Shown in pieces: positions 47,978-57,500 of a stretch of DNA of 64,000 nt (its first letter is position 1; each line of letters starts with the position of its first letter). Made by a program: the position numbers and the translations under genes. The notes beneath the pieces are model-generated. The model had not been told where the DNA came from. It did no database searches and was given only the letters and a program-made list of their open reading frames with translations. The stretch spans positions 1,248,001-1,312,000 of the forward strand of contig CAWIIP010000002.1 in assembly GCA_963836235.1 (NCBI GenBank), in the 5' to 3' direction. The DNA comes from an uncultured Pseudomonadota bacterium. Its GTDB lineage: Bacteria; Oederibacteriota; Muellerivitia; Muellerivitales; Muellerivitaceae.

Positions 47978-50372
47978 ATGAAATTTCGTATCCTGGGAAT
48001 TTTCGGACTTCTGGTTGGAGTCATTTTTTTAATCATCGGCTGTCCCTCCAAGAGCAGTAGCCCTTCTTCCCCCGCTCCCGCGGCACCTACGTCCACCAAT
48101 ACCTTTACGGTCACCAATACGCCCTGCACCGATGGCTCAGGGCATACTTGCACTTTTACTTTCACCGCCACGCCCAGCAATACGGCTACCCTCACTCCAA
48201 CCAGTACCCCCAGCAACACCAGCACCTCCACGGCGTCCTTCACGGTGACCAACACGCTGACCAATAGCGCGACTTCCACCAATACCGGAACCCCCACCAA
48301 CAGCGCCACGGTCACGCCAACGGCCACCATCACGAATACACCCACGATCACGGCGACCGCAACGATTACCGATACCCCGACCAATTCCGGCACTCCCACC
48401 CCGACGGGCACGCCTACCGCCACCAGCCAGTACACCCTCACCAAGACCCCCACCGGCACCCCGACCGCCACCGCGACCGCCACGATCACGGGGGTGGTCT
48501 TCAGCGGCAGCGTCAGTTATTCGGGCAGCTTCGCCACGAGCCCGGGCGTAAACGCGGGCCATTCGATCAGTGTGGAGGTCTATACCAACAGCGGTCTTAT
48601 CGCAGGGAATAATGGCGTGAGTATCGCGGGGGCCGCGACGGTGACCTCCAACGGCGGATCTTTCAGCATCACGCTCACTTCCCCAGGCACTTATTACGTC
48701 CTGGCGAATTACGACTACAACGGCAAGACCGGTGTTTTTGGCTTGGTGGACCAGACAGGACCCTTCCCCGCCGAACCCTATGCCATTGTCTCCGGAAACG
48801 GCAATACCAGCTCCCAACTTCCAGCGCCGGGCATCACCTTTTCCAGCGGCGTGACCAGTTTTACCAACACCATCATTTTTGGCGATCAGAACGTGGCCCA
48901 AGGCATTACGGGCGGCGTGACCTTCCTGGGTTCGGGACCGGTCAGTTCCTCCAACTATATCCATGTGCTTGCTTACTTGTCGGGAACCAACTACGGAACT
49001 TTAATGACCGAAGCGCTCGTTCCTAAAAACGGCGGCACCTACAATCTGACCGATCTGACTAACAACAACAACGGCTCCGATTACGACTTAGTGGCTTTTT
49101 ATGACGCCGTCGGTAATGCGGTTGTAAACGCCACGCCCGTGCCTGGTACTGATCCGGTTACATACCTCAACGATATACCCGTTTCGGTTATTGCCGTTGG
49201 TACGCCTACGTCCCAAGCGCTCGTTACCATTCCCAGCGCGACGGGCGGCACCTATCCCGCCCCGATGACCTTGTCGGTGAATATCAATACCACCTCTTAC
49301 CCGGTCAACCAGCACCCATCAATTGGGCTGGCTCCTGTCCACCGGCTTCGGTAGCGGAAATAATTACCAAGTGATCGACGCCCAGAGCAACGCCAACAAC
49401 GCGGTCATCACCGATACCACGACTACCAATTATTATATCGGCCTTATTTATGGGCTTTCCGGAGCGGGTTATCCCTCCGGAACCAATCCGCTCACCGTTA
49501 ATCCCCATGTGGGCGACATTTATCAATTTTTCAACTATTCCGGCAATAGCGCCAATGGAGAGGGATGTTTTGGCACCTATTCTTCAGCCAATGTCACCAA
49601 CCCGTCAGGCGGGGTAAGCTTAAACGCCACTTTCCCCTATCCCTCCACCCAGCCCTGCACCTTTACGGGAGTGGGCGGGACGTTCAATTACACCGGCGCC
49701 GGAACCGTCAGCAGTAGCGACCAGCTGGCGGTAGGTATATTCAGCGACTCCGCCTATACGCAGAACGTTGGTAGTAATTCCTATTCAACCAACAATGGCC
49801 GGTACGATATGGTGGATTTTACCGGAGGGGTTCCTTCCACTTATTACCTCGAAGCTTGGTACCAATCCACCGGCGGCAGTTGTAATAACAACAACTCTCC
49901 TTGCATCGGAAACCCGGTAACCCAATTGGGGGCCTTTACCCAGGGGACGGTCAACAACCTGAATATCACCCTCAATAGCAGCAATACCTACCAGGGCATC
50001 ACCCTGGGCGGAACATTGAACTGGTCGGGGGCGGTGAGCCTTTACGTGGCTAGTTACGACAACAACGGCAATTTCGAAGCTCTCAGCGGCCTGGTGGCTA
50101 ATGGCGGCACCTATGCGGTGGATGCCATACCAGGGAACAATAATTACCTGGTAGCCATCAACGACCTCAATGGCCTGGGCCAAAGCGCCATTTTGAGCGC
50201 CCTTCAAAACTACAATCCGGGAAGCATTTCGGGGGATGGTTGGGCGGTTTATGACAACTCAACGTGCACCAATGGCTTCACCACCCAGACCATCCAGGGA
50301 GGAACCGGCATTACCACCACCACCAACGACACCAGCGTGAATTGGACCGTCAGCACCAGCTGTAGTTTTTAA
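47978..50372 (+). pseudogene. Large Thr/Pro-stalked surface lipoprotein with repeated beta-sandwich domains, split by a 1-nt insertion (about 797 aa if repaired)
   Basis: Lipobox IIGC, about 140-aa T/P stalk, repeats starting 'SG.V.Y.G'. ORFs 47978-49354 and 49323-50372 fuse when one base near 49307-49310 is removed. May be a sequencing error rather than a real pseudogene. Confidence 0.7.
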
Positions 50373-50393
50373 CCGAATAAAACAGAGATTCTC

Positions 50394-50425
50394 AAAGCCC
50401 GGCTTCAGAAGGTTCGGGCTTTTTT
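50394..50425. terminator. Probable bidirectional terminator
   Basis: AAAGCCCG...CGGGCTTTTTT between the convergent lipoprotein and serpin genes. Confidence 0.65.
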
Positions 50426-50434
50426 ATTAGAAAT

Positions 50435-51721
50435 TTATTGAGCAGCGACCGGAGCTTGCGGGTCAAAGATGGCGCCGGTGAAAAGCAGGGCTTGGATTTG
50501 GCTGTCCACCAGGGCGACAAAGAAGGGACGGTCCACGGTCATCACGACCGGGGGTGGTTCCCGCCGAACGATATTGGCCCTCATGACAATGGCCGTCGCG
50601 GCGGCGGCTTCCGTGCCTTCCTCATCCACCAGCATGTAGGTCTTTTGCAAAGCCTGGCTGATATACAAATGAGCGTTACCCGTCATGCCGCCGAAATCGG
50701 CCCATCGGGAGAATGCTTTTTTCATTCCCAATGTTTCCAAAGCCGGATTTAAGGTCTCGGAAAATTCTATTTTAAATTTAGGCAGGCCGAGTATTACTTT
50801 TCCTGTCCTTAATTGCCCCATCCATTGTTTCCAGTTGTCGGGCGTGAGGCCCGCGCAAAAATCGGTGAGATTGGAATCCTTCGACGGCAAAAAAACCAAT
50901 AAGCTCAACCGCCCATCGCCATAAGGAAGGCGGACAGCCTGGAATTGATCTGTCTCCAGATAAGCAAAGTCATGGGTTTGGCGCATCAGTGGGCGGTCGG
51001 GAGTGGAACCATTCGCCAAATAGAAAGGGGCGGGCTGGGTGGCGTCTTTTTTAAATTGGCTGCTCCAGTCTCCCTTGAAATAAACGGCGTTGACTAGAAC
51101 CAGTTTATCCATCGGGGTGAGGGGGCCGATGATTTTGGGAATTTTTCCCATAGTCTTATCCGAAACCCAATGGTTCACGCTGTCCGCCGCCACGGGATCG
51201 GCAAAATCCAGGTTATGGACTTCGGCCTTGTAGAAGTTTTGGTTGGCCAGGATGAAATCGGGTTTGAACGTGGTGTACTTGTTACTCCAGAGGGAATCGG
51301 CGATGTTAAGCGTTACCTTGGGGTCGGCGCTTTGAAGGGAATCCAGCAGGTCTTTGTTCTCGCGGTTCACATCCTCCAGGGACAGGCTTCCCAACCCCAA
51401 GGTCTGGGCCATTTCATCCTTGGTCGCATTTGCGGCTCCGTTGTAGACCATCCCCAGCGCCGTAGCGGCGGAGAAGGGGGAGATCAGCACGTTTTTGCCT
51501 GGGTTTTCCTTGATGATTTCCTGGAAAAAATTGAGCCCGAAACGGGTTTGGGCCGAAGCCAGATCGGCATAAGACGGCGATAGAACCGAACCGGCGGGGA
51601 GCATGGGATGGGAATGGACAGGGGTTTGTTCATCCGCAAAAACAGGGTTTAATAACAACCCCAAAAGTAGAGCTATCAGGCCAATTCTAAAAAACCGCTG
51701 ACTTTGGATAGATATTTTCAT
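50435..51721 (-). CDS. Secreted serpin (serine protease inhibitor family)
   Basis: Signal peptide (VFA-D), 'NVLISPFS', 'N.WVSDKT.GKI', 'LVNAVYFKGDW', hinge 'DEEGTEAAAAT', 'VDRPF...LF.G'. Confidence 0.95.
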   Translation of the reverse strand: MKISIQSQRFFRIGLIALLLGLLLNPVFADEQTPVHSHPMLPAGSVLSPSYADLASAQTRFGLNFFQEIIKENPGKNVLISPFSAATALGMVYNGAANATKDEMAQTLGLGSLSLEDVNRENKDLLDSLQSADPKVTLNIADSLWSNKYTTFKPDFILANQNFYKAEVHNLDFADPVAADSVNHWVSDKTMGKIPKIIGPLTPMDKLVLVNAVYFKGDWSSQFKKDATQPAPFYLANGSTPDRPLMRQTHDFAYLETDQFQAVRLPYGDGRLSLLVFLPSKDSNLTDFCAGLTPDNWKQWMGQLRTGKVILGLPKFKIEFSETLNPALETLGMKKAFSRWADFGGMTGNAHLYISQALQKTYMLVDEEGTEAAAATAIVMRANIVRREPPPVVMTVDRPFFVALVDSQIQALLFTGAIFDPQAPVAAQ

Positions 51722-51748
51722 ACTTGCCTTCGAGATACCTTTAATAGA

Positions 51749-51776
51749 TTAGACTCAAAAGAAGGCAAAAGGTTCC
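51749..51776 (-). promoter_or_regulatory. SigmaE-type ECF promoter upstream of the serpin
   Basis: Minus strand GGAACC-N16-GTCTAA, ending 27 nt before ATG 51721. Close to the RpoE consensus GGAACTT-N16-GTCAAA. Confidence 0.55.
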
Positions 51777-51980
51777 ATGAGATTTTCCGGGAGGGGATCA
51801 TTTTCTGGGCCTAGTTGGCCCCCCCAGAACCGGGGGCAAGACAGTTTCAGGGGTTCAGGGGGTAATCCTGGCGGGGCACCGGCCCCGGCTTGGAGATACC
51901 CCCAAGGTCGGGTTGGGGTCCCCAAAACAAGCCAGGCAACTGTGTCAGCCCTGGGATTGCGCGATTCCCAGACCCCGCCC

Positions 51981-52135
51981 CACCCGGACGGATTGCGACA
52001 TAATTATTGGTTCTAGGCTTGGCTGAAAATACCCCAAAAAAGGCCGAAAAATACGCAAAACGCTAATTGCGACATAATTCACCCGGATTGCGACATAACT
52101 ATTTATGTCGCAATTTTGTTCGCACTGCGAACAAA
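51981..52135. repeat. Cluster of four ATTGCGACATAA boxes (three direct, one inverted) plus an abutting palindrome
   Basis: Boxes at 51992-52003, 52066-52077, 52087-52098 and inverted at 52103-52114. TTTGTTCGCA-c-TGCGAACAAA at 52115-52135. Confidence 0.9.
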
Positions 52136-52237
52136 GAAGGCCTGGAGGGGGTCAGTCAAGCCCCGTTGCCCCGCCCTTGGGACCACCTGATACCTACCAA
52201 GCGACTATCCCCTTCCCCCCATTGGGTTTTCCGCCCC

Positions 52238-52264
52238 TGTCGATTTAACCTATCCCCGTTCGTC
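52238..52264 (+). promoter_or_regulatory. ECF42-type promoter
   Basis: TGTCGA(52238-52243)-N17-CGTC(52261-52264), matching the ECF42 consensus as I recall it (-35 TGTCGA, -10 CG(A/T)C), upstream of the DGPF/ECF42 operon. Confidence 0.75.
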
Positions 52265-52340
52265 GTGTATATAGAGGCGGGAATCACCCCCAGGCCGAAG
52301 GGGGGGCCCGGCCCGGATTACATTCAAAAAGGAGTACACC

Positions 52341-52688
52341 ATGCGCTATATGGCTTTGTGGCACCCGGTCAAGAACGCCGCTCCCCCAACGCAACAGCAC
52401 TACGCCGAAATGGGGAAGCTGATCGACGAAATGACGAAAGCGGGGGTATTACAGGATACGGGCGGGTGGGACGTGAAGGCACCTTCCATCGTCGTCAAGA
52501 ATGACGGCAAAAAGGTGACCGTCACCGACGGGCCCTACGCCGAGGCGAAAGAAATGATCGCCGGCTTCGCGATCTTCGAGGTGAAATCGAAGGAAGAGGC
52601 GGTGAAGTGGGGCAAGCGCTTCATCGAGATAGCGGGGGAGGGTTTTTCCGAGATGCGGGAGATACCACAGCCCCAACTGAAGAAGTAA
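52341..52688 (+). CDS. YciI/DGPF-family protein
   Basis: 'VTDGPYAEAKEMIAGF....VKSKEEAV.W'. AAGGAG RBS. Confidence 0.9.
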   Translation: MRYMALWHPVKNAAPPTQQHYAEMGKLIDEMTKAGVLQDTGGWDVKAPSIVVKNDGKKVTVTDGPYAEAKEMIAGFAIFEVKSKEEAVKWGKRFIEIAGEGFSEMREIPQPQLKK

Positions 52689-52761
52689 ACCGAAAGGCTG
52701 ATCCAACCCGGCCGGGCGAAGACTCGGTCTTATTCACTCTTAAAAACAAAGGAGAAATGAT

Positions 52762-53172
52762 ATGCGTTTCATGATGATGGTTATTCCCCCGGATTACGGG
52801 AAAGCGGCGCCGGATGCTATGCCGGACCCGAAGCAGGTTGAGCTGATGATGAAGTACAACGAGAGCCTGCAGAAGGCCGGGGTGCTGTTGGAACTCAACG
52901 GGCTTTACCCCCCCTCGGCGGGCACCCGGGTGGTCTATTCCAAGGGCGGTAAGCCCAAGGTGATTGACGGGCCCTTCAGCGAGGCGAAGGAATCCATCGG
53001 GGGCTACTGGATGATCCAGGTGAAATCGAAGGAAGAAGCCATCGAATGGGCCTCCCGGGTTCCCTTCCTCGGCGAGGAAACGGTGGAGATCCGGCAGGTG
53101 CACGAGATGACCGACTTCTCTCCCGACGTCCAGAAGGCCGCCCAGGGCTTTGAGGAAATGCAGAAAAAGTGA
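52762..53172 (+). CDS. YciI/DGPF-family protein
   Basis: 'MRFMMM', 'YNESL.KAGVLL', 'DGPFSEAKESIGGYW...VKSKEEAIEWA', 'EIRQV'. Confidence 0.92.
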   Translation: MRFMMMVIPPDYGKAAPDAMPDPKQVELMMKYNESLQKAGVLLELNGLYPPSAGTRVVYSKGGKPKVIDGPFSEAKESIGGYWMIQVKSKEEAIEWASRVPFLGEETVEIRQVHEMTDFSPDVQKAAQGFEEMQKK

Positions 53173-53184
53173 GGACGGCCTGAG

Positions 53185-54442
53185 TTGAGCGAGTCCAACG
53201 CCTATCGCGCCATCGAGGCGGTTTGGCGCATCGAGTCGGCCCGGCTCATCGCCGGGCTGACCCGCATGACGCGCGACGTGGGGCTGGCGGAGGACTTCGC
53301 CCAGGAAGCCCTGGTGGCGGCGCTGGAGCGCTGGCCCCGGACGGGCGTGCCGGACAACCCAGGCGCCTGGCTGATGACCACCGCCAAAAACCGGGCCTTG
53401 GACCTTTTCCGCCGCCGGGAAATGCTGGACCGCAAGCACGGGGAACTGGGCCATGAGATGGAAAACCAACGGGAGGAGAAAGCCCAGGAGGGGGAGGACA
53501 AGATGGACGACAGCTTCGGCGACGACCTTTTGCGCCTGGTGTTCATCTCCTGCCATCCGGTGCTGGCGCCCGAGTCACGGGTGGCGCTGACGCTTCGACT
53601 GCTCGGCGGATTGACCACGCCGGAAATCGCGCGGGCATTCCTGGTGCCCGAGCCCACCGTGGCCCAGCGCATTGTGCGGGCCAAACGGACCCTGGCGGAA
53701 GCCAAGGTGCCCTTCGAGGTGCCCCGGAAAGAGGAACTGGCGGGCCGCCTGGCCTCAGTGCTGGAAGTCTTGTACCTCATTTTCAACGAGGGCTACGCGG
53801 CCACCGCCGGAGGCGATTGGATACGCCCGGCCCTCTGCGAGGACGCCCTGCGCCTGGGCCGTATTTTGGAGGGGCTGGCCCCCGAAGAGCCGGAAGCGCA
53901 CGGCCTGGTGGCGCTGATGGAAATCCAGGCCTCGCGTTTGGGATCTCGGGTAGGCCCGGAAGGTGAACCCATTCTCTTACTCGACCAGAACCGTTCCCGC
54001 TGGGACCATGTGCTGATTCGCCGGGGCCTGGCCGCTTTGGAAAAGGCCGAATCGCTTTCCCCCGCCCGGGGCCCCTATACCCTGCAAGCCGCCATCGCCG
54101 CATGCCACGCCCGGGCCAAAACGCCGGAGGAGACGGACTGGACCCGCATCGCCTCCCTCTACGACGAGCTGGCCAACCTAACGCCCTCGCCCATCGTGGA
54201 ACTCAACCGGGCGGTGGCCCTTTCCATGGCCTTCGGACCGGCGGTGGGCCTGGAGCTGGTCGATAAACTAATCGCCGAGCCCTCGCTGAAGAACTACCAC
54301 CTCTTACCGAGCGTCCGGGGCGACTTTCTGGCCAAGCTGGGACGCGTTCGAGGAAGCTCGGGCGGAGATGGAGAAAGCCGCCGCCCTCACGCAGAACGAG
54401 CAGGAACGCAGGATGTTGTTGAAGCGAGCTTCCGCGTTATAA
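53185..54442 (+). CDS. ECF42-type RNA polymerase sigma factor with C-terminal TPR extension (1-nt insertion near 54346)
   Basis: 'LAEDFAQEAL..ALE.WP..G.P.NP.AWL', 'DD.LRL.F..CHP.L', 'YLIFNEGY', 'QNRSRWD', 'GPY.LQAAIAACH'. The family-like C-terminus continues in the +1 frame to TAA 54442; as given, the ORF ends at 54453. Confidence 0.88.
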
Positions 54443-54507
54443 AAATTTCTTAGTATGATTGGCCTTAGGAGAAAAGAGAGGGATCAAATAGTCAGAATAA
54501 TTTTGGG

Positions 54508-57500
54508 TCAACGCAATATGGCTACTTTACCTCTTTGGGTAATGGTGGAAGTTCCGTCATTGGCTTCTACCGCGTAAAGATAAAGCCCGCTGGCCACGGG
54601 GACGCCCGATTGGTTTTCCAGGTTCCAGGCGAGGCTATTGCGCCCGCTATTACCCTCTACCGAACCTTCCCAAACTATCTCACCCGTGATGTCGAAAAGG
54701 ACCAGGTTGATTTGTCCGGGCGTCTGCAAATTGACCAGGAAATGGATCGGTTCCCCGTTTCGGGAAACGTTGGGGGCCGCCACGATGAACGGTACCGTCC
54801 CGTTGCCCGAGGTGGGCGTTAGGCTGGGCGTCCCTTCCATGCGCTGGGCCAAGGCCGGCACGGCGGGGGACGCGGGAGTGCAAGTCGGATTCGGGCGGCA
54901 GGAAGGCGGCACTCCTCCCGAAGCCGTCACCAGGTTCCCCTGGTAATAAATCGCGTAATTAACGTTAACCGCATAGGCGGTTCCCCCGCCCACGCCGCAG
55001 GGGCTGTACCAATCCGCGGAACCGGGATTGAAATTGGGGTAATTGTTAATATGGATCGCCGTTTGAATGTTGCCCCAGGTCGTTCCCGCGCTCAAGCTGG
55101 CGGTGTCCGTGGTGGAAACCGTGACTTCCCAATTAGCCTGCTGACTGGGCCCAGGCCCGCAGGCCGGGAAAAAGTTCACAGCGTTGATGGCCACTCCTGA
55201 AACAGCCGTGTTGCTCGGCCCGTTACCACCCCCATAATTCACTGCCCCCGCCACCGTGTCGGCCCCAACCAGGGTGTAGTTGATGTCGTCCACCCAAAAC
55301 TTGATGGTGATCAGGTTTAAGTTCACAGCGCTGGTTCCGGCGTTGATCACCTCGAAGGTTTCGTTCGCCTGGTTGGCCGCGCAGGTCGTGAATTCCTCCA
55401 GTTGTAGGTCAATGGAGCTGGTACCACAGACGACTCCCATCGTCGGCGAAAGGGTCGGGGTGTAGCTGGCCGTCGGGGTGGAAGTCAGGGTTGGTGTCTT
55501 CGTCGGGCTGTTGGTAGTCGTGAGGGTGGAAGTCCTTGAGGGGCTATTGGTGGGTGTGGGAGTTAAAGTGTTGGTCGGCGTGGGGGTGGTGCTGTTGGTG
55601 GGCGTCAAGGTCGAAGTGAAAGTCGGGGTAAGGGTGGAAGAGGGGGTGGGGGAAAGGGTTGGCGTGGCGGTGGCGGTGCTGGACGCCGTAACCGTCGGGC
55701 TATTGGTCGGCGTAACCGTGGCCGTTGAGGTGGCGGTTTGGGTCGGCGTCGAAGTCGCGGTGGGGATGGGGCTTGGCGAAGGGGTGGCGGTCGCGGTGGG
55801 CGGGATGCAAACCAGGCAAGCCTGGGGCGCGAAGACTTCCACTTCATCCAAAGCCGATAGCGCGACGTACAAGTACCCGTTCTTATCCGTCCCGATCCCG
55901 TAGACCGTTCCCGCTCCCGAGGCATAGTTGATCGAAGTGAGGTAAGGGACGCCGCCGGGCCCGAAGAGCAGTACCCGTCCATTGGTCGAATCGTCCACAA
56001 AAACCCGGCCGCAGCCGTCGACGGCCACGTCATCCACCGCCCCGCCCGTCTGTCCCGTTCCCGTTCCAGCGGTCGTAATGACCGGTTGAGCGACACCCGC
56101 CGAGTTGTATTTTTGGACATTCCCCAGGGAGTCCGAAACATAGACGTTGGTCTGGCCGTCCACGGCGACTCCCAAGGAAGGCGTTCCCGTATTCACGAAT
56201 AAGCTTTGAGCGTACAAGGGCTGGTAAAAAGCAAAAACTCGATCGTGGGAGTTATCCGCGATGTAAAGGTTGCCTGATCCATCCTCACCGATTCCCCAAA
56301 AGGACACGGGGCTCGAATTACCGCTGCTATGAAGTGTTCCAGAGGGAATATTGAAAATGTCATATCCACTTGAGCTCACCGCGTAAAGATACTGCGCGTC
56401 CGCCGTTAAATGGTAGGGGGCTGTTCCTAACGAGGTGATGGTCCAGGTTGCCACCGCGGTCGGAGCCGTCGGAGGGCCATTCCACTCGGTGATACGTCCG
56501 GTGGAATCGGCGACGTAAATATTACCCGAGGGGTCCACAGCCACGTCATAGGGGGTTTCAAACTGGCCCAGGCCCGTTCCCGGCGACCCGAAGGTACTCA
56601 CCAGGGTAAAAGTGCAGGTGGTCGCCGTCGGGGTGACCGTCACCGTGGAAGTGACCGTCGAGGTAGCGCTGTTAGTGGGAGTAAGGGCCGGGGTGTTCGT
56701 GGGAGTGACCGTTAGCGAGAAAGTCGGAGTGCCCGTCAAGGACGAGGTGGCTGTCAAAGTCGCGGTTCCGGTTAAGGTCCTAGTGGGTGAAGTCGTGGGC
56801 GTATTGGTGCGGGTGTTGGTGACCGTAGTGGTCGGAGAGTTCGTCAGGGTTTTAGTCACCGTGGAGGTGGGCGTAGGGCTGGCGGTAAAAGAAGGCGTCC
56901 CCGTGACTGTCCGGGTGGCTGTGTTGGCCGGGGTAGAAGTTTTGGTTCCCGTCGGCGTCAAAGTAGCCGTTTTAGTCGGCGTCTTGGTGGCGGTCCTTGT
57001 CGCCGTTTGGGTCGGCGTCCCGGTCTTAGTGGCCGTGCGAGTGGGTGTACCGCTGGGAGTAAGGGTCGCCGTTTTAGTGGGTGTCCCCGTAACTGTGCGG
57101 GTGGCCGTGTTGGCTGGGGTGGAGGTTTTGGTTCTCGTCGGCGTCAAGGTGGCGGTCAGGGTTGGCGTCCGGGTAGCGGTCAAGGTCGCCGTCCGGGTGG
57201 GCGAACCAGTGGCCGTCAAGGTCAAGGTAGTGGTAACCGTGTTCGTGGCCGATGAAGTGGAGCTATTGGTGGGCGTGGTGGTCACCGTAGAGGTGGGCGA
57301 ATTGCTGGCTGTGACGCTGGCGGTGCCGGTGGCGCTGTTCGTCGCCGTTGGGGTGGCTGTGCCGGAGGCGGTGCCCGTGGCGCTATTCGTCGCCGTTGGG
57401 GTGGGGGTAAGCGTGGCGGTCAAAGTCGCAGTACCGGTTGGGGTGTTGCTATAGGTCGGCGTCGGGGGCACGCAAGGACATCCGGCGATGACCGTGATTC

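Noticed and set aside
49352-49354. TAG read-through (pyrrolysine or recoding) joining the lipoprotein halves
   Set aside because: The downstream ORF is in a different frame, so a 1-nt indel explains the split. TAG and TGA act as normal stops elsewhere in the window.
51981-52135. ATTGCGACATAA repeats as a CRISPR array
   Set aside because: The repeats are only 12 bp, spacing is irregular (74 and 21 bp), one copy is inverted, and no cas genes are present.
51777-52504. ORFs 51777-52016 and 52067-52504
   Set aside because: No family motifs, Pro/Gly/Arg-rich composition, and they run through the palindromes, the promoter and the true yciI start.
55478-57454. Val-rich plus-strand ORFs (55478-55903, 56612-57454; likewise 8396-8737 and 47938-48489)
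   Set aside because: They are antisense shadows of Thr/Pro codon runs in real genes on the opposite strand.
56612-57465. TxT repeats as an ice-binding or ice-nucleation protein
   Set aside because: Frequent Pro, absence of the Gly/Ser turn motifs of INP/AFP solenoids, and position between globular domains all favour a stalk.
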